Under the pieces are notes generated by a model. It was not told the origin of the DNA, ran no database searches, and saw only the letters and a program-made list of their open reading frames with translations. From assembly GCA_047495785.1 (NCBI GenBank), contig JBLDXI010000007.1, positions 3,410,001 through 3,474,000 of the forward strand: DNA of 64,000 bases, in the 5' to 3' direction. The DNA comes from Lepidodermella squamata (taxonomy: Eukaryota; Animalia; Gastrotricha). This document shows positions 60,701-64,000 of the stretch, in pieces (positions within the stretch are counted from its first letter, which is position 1; every line of letters begins with the position of its first letter). The position numbers and the translations under genes are program-made.

Positions 60701-61350
60701 CTAGCCGCACTGAATAAAGTTGAGCTCCCACAAGCAGGTTGAGAGGTCACGATCGGCGTCAGCGGAATTGTCCCGCTGTAAGAGAGTGATGCGGAAACCC
60801 TGCCGTTTTGACCAAGTTCTTGCCAAACAGATAGCCCCGTCACTCCATCAGTGTTAATGCTAATCGGGCAATATCCTGATTCATAAATCGTATTATCGAT
60901 CAAAAATATCTCAATCAACTGAACATCAGGGCCTACCACCGGAATGGCCGTAACTTGTCGAAGAAAACGTTATCCCATAGTAGCCACCGAGACCTGTATA
61001 AACAGAGTCGATGTCGATCTCTGCTCGGAAATCGTAGTCGCCGGTTGTAAATTCAGTTGCAGAATGCACACGTCCAATAGTATTTGACGAATCATCATTT
61101 ATCTGTAATCCGGCTGAAGTTTGCCCTACAACATCGGCCTTGCTGAAGGCGCTGAAGGATACAGTGGCTCCGTCGAAAGAAATTGATGCACGATAGTTTG
61201 GCGTGCCAGCGTACAGATAGGGCAGTGGTAACGAAGCGGTGTCAGGGTTTTGCGCCATAGCTTCAAAAAAGCACATTATGCCTCGATCTAACAAGGACCT
61301 TACAAAATACCTTCAACGAACAGGAACAGAACCACTATGAAAGTCTTCAT
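57729..61350 (-). pseudogene. G8: lectin-like x2 - mucin - Cys-loop channel fusion with the same +1 frameshift
   Basis: MKTFIVVLFLFVE/AMAQNPDTASLPLPY; T5 run 59292-59296 gives LGQGSKNVSGL*; channel exon intact. Confidence 0.7.
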
Positions 61351-62595
61351 TTGTGATGTGAAGCGAAATCGCCGAAATGATAACCCCTCACAAGCATCCA
61401 AGCCTGCCTCCGAGCTTATACCTCATGCATTATTCAAATTTTGAAAGCAGCACTCTGAAACAGTTTCATTTTTCTTAGCGTTGAATCGATACACAAAAAA
61501 GCAGAGAATGATGTATATACTCCGCGGAAACACTTATCTCATGCATATTTGATATTTAGACGACTCAGTCGTTATTTCACTCGCCTACCTTGATGAAAAA
61601 GTGGAATCTTTTAGACAATATTATGGAGCAAAATGCGTAGAACATGTCGTCTCACCTCCGCAATTTACGCCACCGTTGACTATTTTTCTAGTTCAAGGTT
61701 TTTCAATAGGTGCATGCTAAATCGAGCACCTATCTGCATGATGCAGATAGAGATGGAGATCAGGGCGATAGCAACAGCATCATTATCTTCTACACTCCGA
61801 ATCATCGATATTGAATGATCGATCGTCCATACTCATAGAATGATTGGCACTGTGTATGCTAATCGTTTGATAATTTTGAATGGATGAATGATGAATCTCA
61901 AAATATTCCAGTATCGTTTGCACATCAAAATGCCTGAGCGACTGAAGGACGAAGGCCAAGGAAGTATCCCTCTATTTTTATTTGAGTAGGTTACGAGTTT
62001 CATTTTTTCGACTAATGACTCTTTTAAGCTCAGGGTCATCCACTCATTAATCAAGTGAGACGGAAACTGCCCGGCGCAAACTATCCCGAGTAATTTGCCA
62101 ATACGGTTACCTGGCAGCGGCATGTGATCGAAAATTAGACAGCAAAAGTATGCCGCGCGTGTGTTGTGAGTTGCAGCGCGCCTGCAGTCATAAATAATAA
62201 TAAAAGCATTGTTTTTGCCGTAGTATGCTTTGCGACCAAGTGCGCGGCATGCAAGGATTTTAAGACGGCGCGGTGATCGTGGAGATCGTTACTAAGCGGC
62301 GCACTGATCGATAATTCATCGCTAGCCCACCACCACTACTACTACCAGCGAACAACAAGGGCGGTATTGCATGACAAAAGCAGGGCCGCGTATTTTTCTA
62401 TGTATGTGTGAATATCGCGGCTGGCCACCGCCAAACAAACAAGCATACCACCATTTATAGAAAAAGACCGCCGCCTCTAAGCCGGACAACAATGTCCTCG
62501 CCCACAGGAGGCTATTACGAACCGACTTATCACCCCATTGATTACGCCAGAATTTTCAAACCCCAATTCATTCAATTTTAGATTTAGTTATAGCC

Positions 62596-64000
62596 ATGAG
62601 ATTGGATTTGATCAATTTTTTGTACGATGTGCACGAATCGTCGGACCAGTATCCGATCGAGTCGTGCGCGGAAATGCTGCACGGCTTTCGCATCATCGAC
62701 GCGAATGACCTCGATGAAATTATGAAGCACGCAACGATTGTCGACCGAAAATTCGCCTTGGTTCGCGCGCTTTCGACCAAAGATGACGTTATGATTCTAG
62801 TTTGGGCGAAAATCCTGGACGAAATGGGATATTCGAATCTGGGCAATCGGGCGCGGCTCAAGTACAACGAGTCTATGGAAAATGAGCCCCCGCATCCGCC
62901 TAAGCGAGGGCACTCAGAAGAGCGGCCAGGCAATGACACCGGTCGAACTGATGAAGCGTCGAGAGGGAGAAATTCACTTACTGTGACCAATGCATCTATC
63001 ATTGGAGATCACATCAGTTTTATCTCTGATACTCCAGCCTCCTACAAGCAGAAGAAAATGCAGCTGTAAGTCAATATTTTCCGAATATATACTGAATTTA
63101 GAAAATAAAGTATAAAATATAATATGATTTTTTTTCCTTTTTTCCTTAAATAAAAGGATTTCCCAATATATTTTGATTTTTAATCGAATATTTTGTATCC
63201 TATTTTCTCAAGAAGAACTATCGCAAAATCAATGCTTATTCCTTGTTGTTTTTTGTAGGGTGAAGAGTCCGAAAGATTGGCGCTTAGGTGATATCCCAAA
63301 CCACATTGGCATCTACCTCGACCGAGATGAAGAATGGGACATTCGGAACGCGATCCTTCAACTTTTCAACCCCGGCGCATCCTTCCCTCGTCCTCCGCCT
63401 AACAAGCGCCCAAATCGAGCCCCGCGTGTTGTTGTCCAGCCCTCAAATAATAAGCCGACCCTTTTCCCGAAAATCTCCCAAACCCAGAATGTCAGTGTCC
63501 TCGAGGGAAGCAATACTGCTCAGTTGGTAGAGATGCCGCCTCGACCTAATTTCCACTCCGAAAAAGGAGCCAGTCGCCCTTTACTGCTGGTTATAACGGG
63601 CCAAAGAGGCATTGGCAAATCGACCATGATCGCTCACATAATATCAGACGATGTCTTTCTACAACGGCTATGCAGTGTTGGCACTGTCATCTGGCTGAAT
63701 GCTGCTTCGATCAACGATGAAGATACGTTTTTCGAGGAAATTGCCTCGAAAATCGACTTTCAACACCCTAAGGATTCTCGGCTCAAAATGCGGGATATTC
63801 TACCATCCGTCCTAGCTAATCTCAAACAAGCTGTCCTACTAGTTGTTGATGATGCGACGACGGAAAACCTCGCTTGGTTCTCCCTTCTCGGCGGAAAATC
63901 GCTACGATGTGTTTTCATCTTCAAAGGCGAGAAAGATGACGCGTTTTTGACTGAAGAACTTGGTCCACAGCTCACGAGAGAGTCGATCATAGTGGAGCAT
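62596..64000 (+). CDS. Apaf-1/CED-4-like STAND P-loop NTPase with putative N-terminal death-fold domain (runs off the window)
   Basis: Helical ~90-aa N-terminus; intron 63066-63258; exon 2 GDIPNHIGIYLDR, Walker A GQRGIGKST (63599-63625), VIWL, Walker B VLLVVDDA. Confidence 0.7.

Noticed and set aside
61633-62123. Short ORFs between G8 and the NTPase gene
   Set aside because: No motifs or splice support; probably intergenic

Overview
Eukaryotic (invertebrate metazoan) genomic DNA with mostly short, ~50-nt GT-AG introns; no prokaryotic features. The window is dominated by a tandem family of 8 paralogous chimeric genes (G1-G8). Each encodes a signal peptide, one or two ~220-aa beta-rich domains resembling L-type (legume/ConA-like) lectins, Thr/Ser-rich mucin-like stalks, and a complete Cys-loop pentameric ligand-gated ion channel (pLGIC) module that lacks the canonical neurotransmitter-binding aromatics. 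By my manual splicing, G1, G2, G3 and G6 are intact. G4 has a TGG>TGA stop, G5 lacks the channel, and G7 and G8 share a +1 frameshift plus gene-conversion-like identical tracts. Interleaved are a stand-alone intronless pLGIC, three GABA-B-like class C GPCRs (one intact, two disrupted), a frameshifted DDD/E transposase, two small secreted Cys-rich proteins, a twin-LamG/pentraxin-like inactive serine protease homologue, an ankyrin protein, the 5' part of an Apaf-1/CED-4-like P-loop NTPase, and several MITE- or SINE-like elements. The locus looks like a rapidly evolving sensory/recognition receptor cluster. Exon boundaries and fold assignments are by eye; no searches were run.
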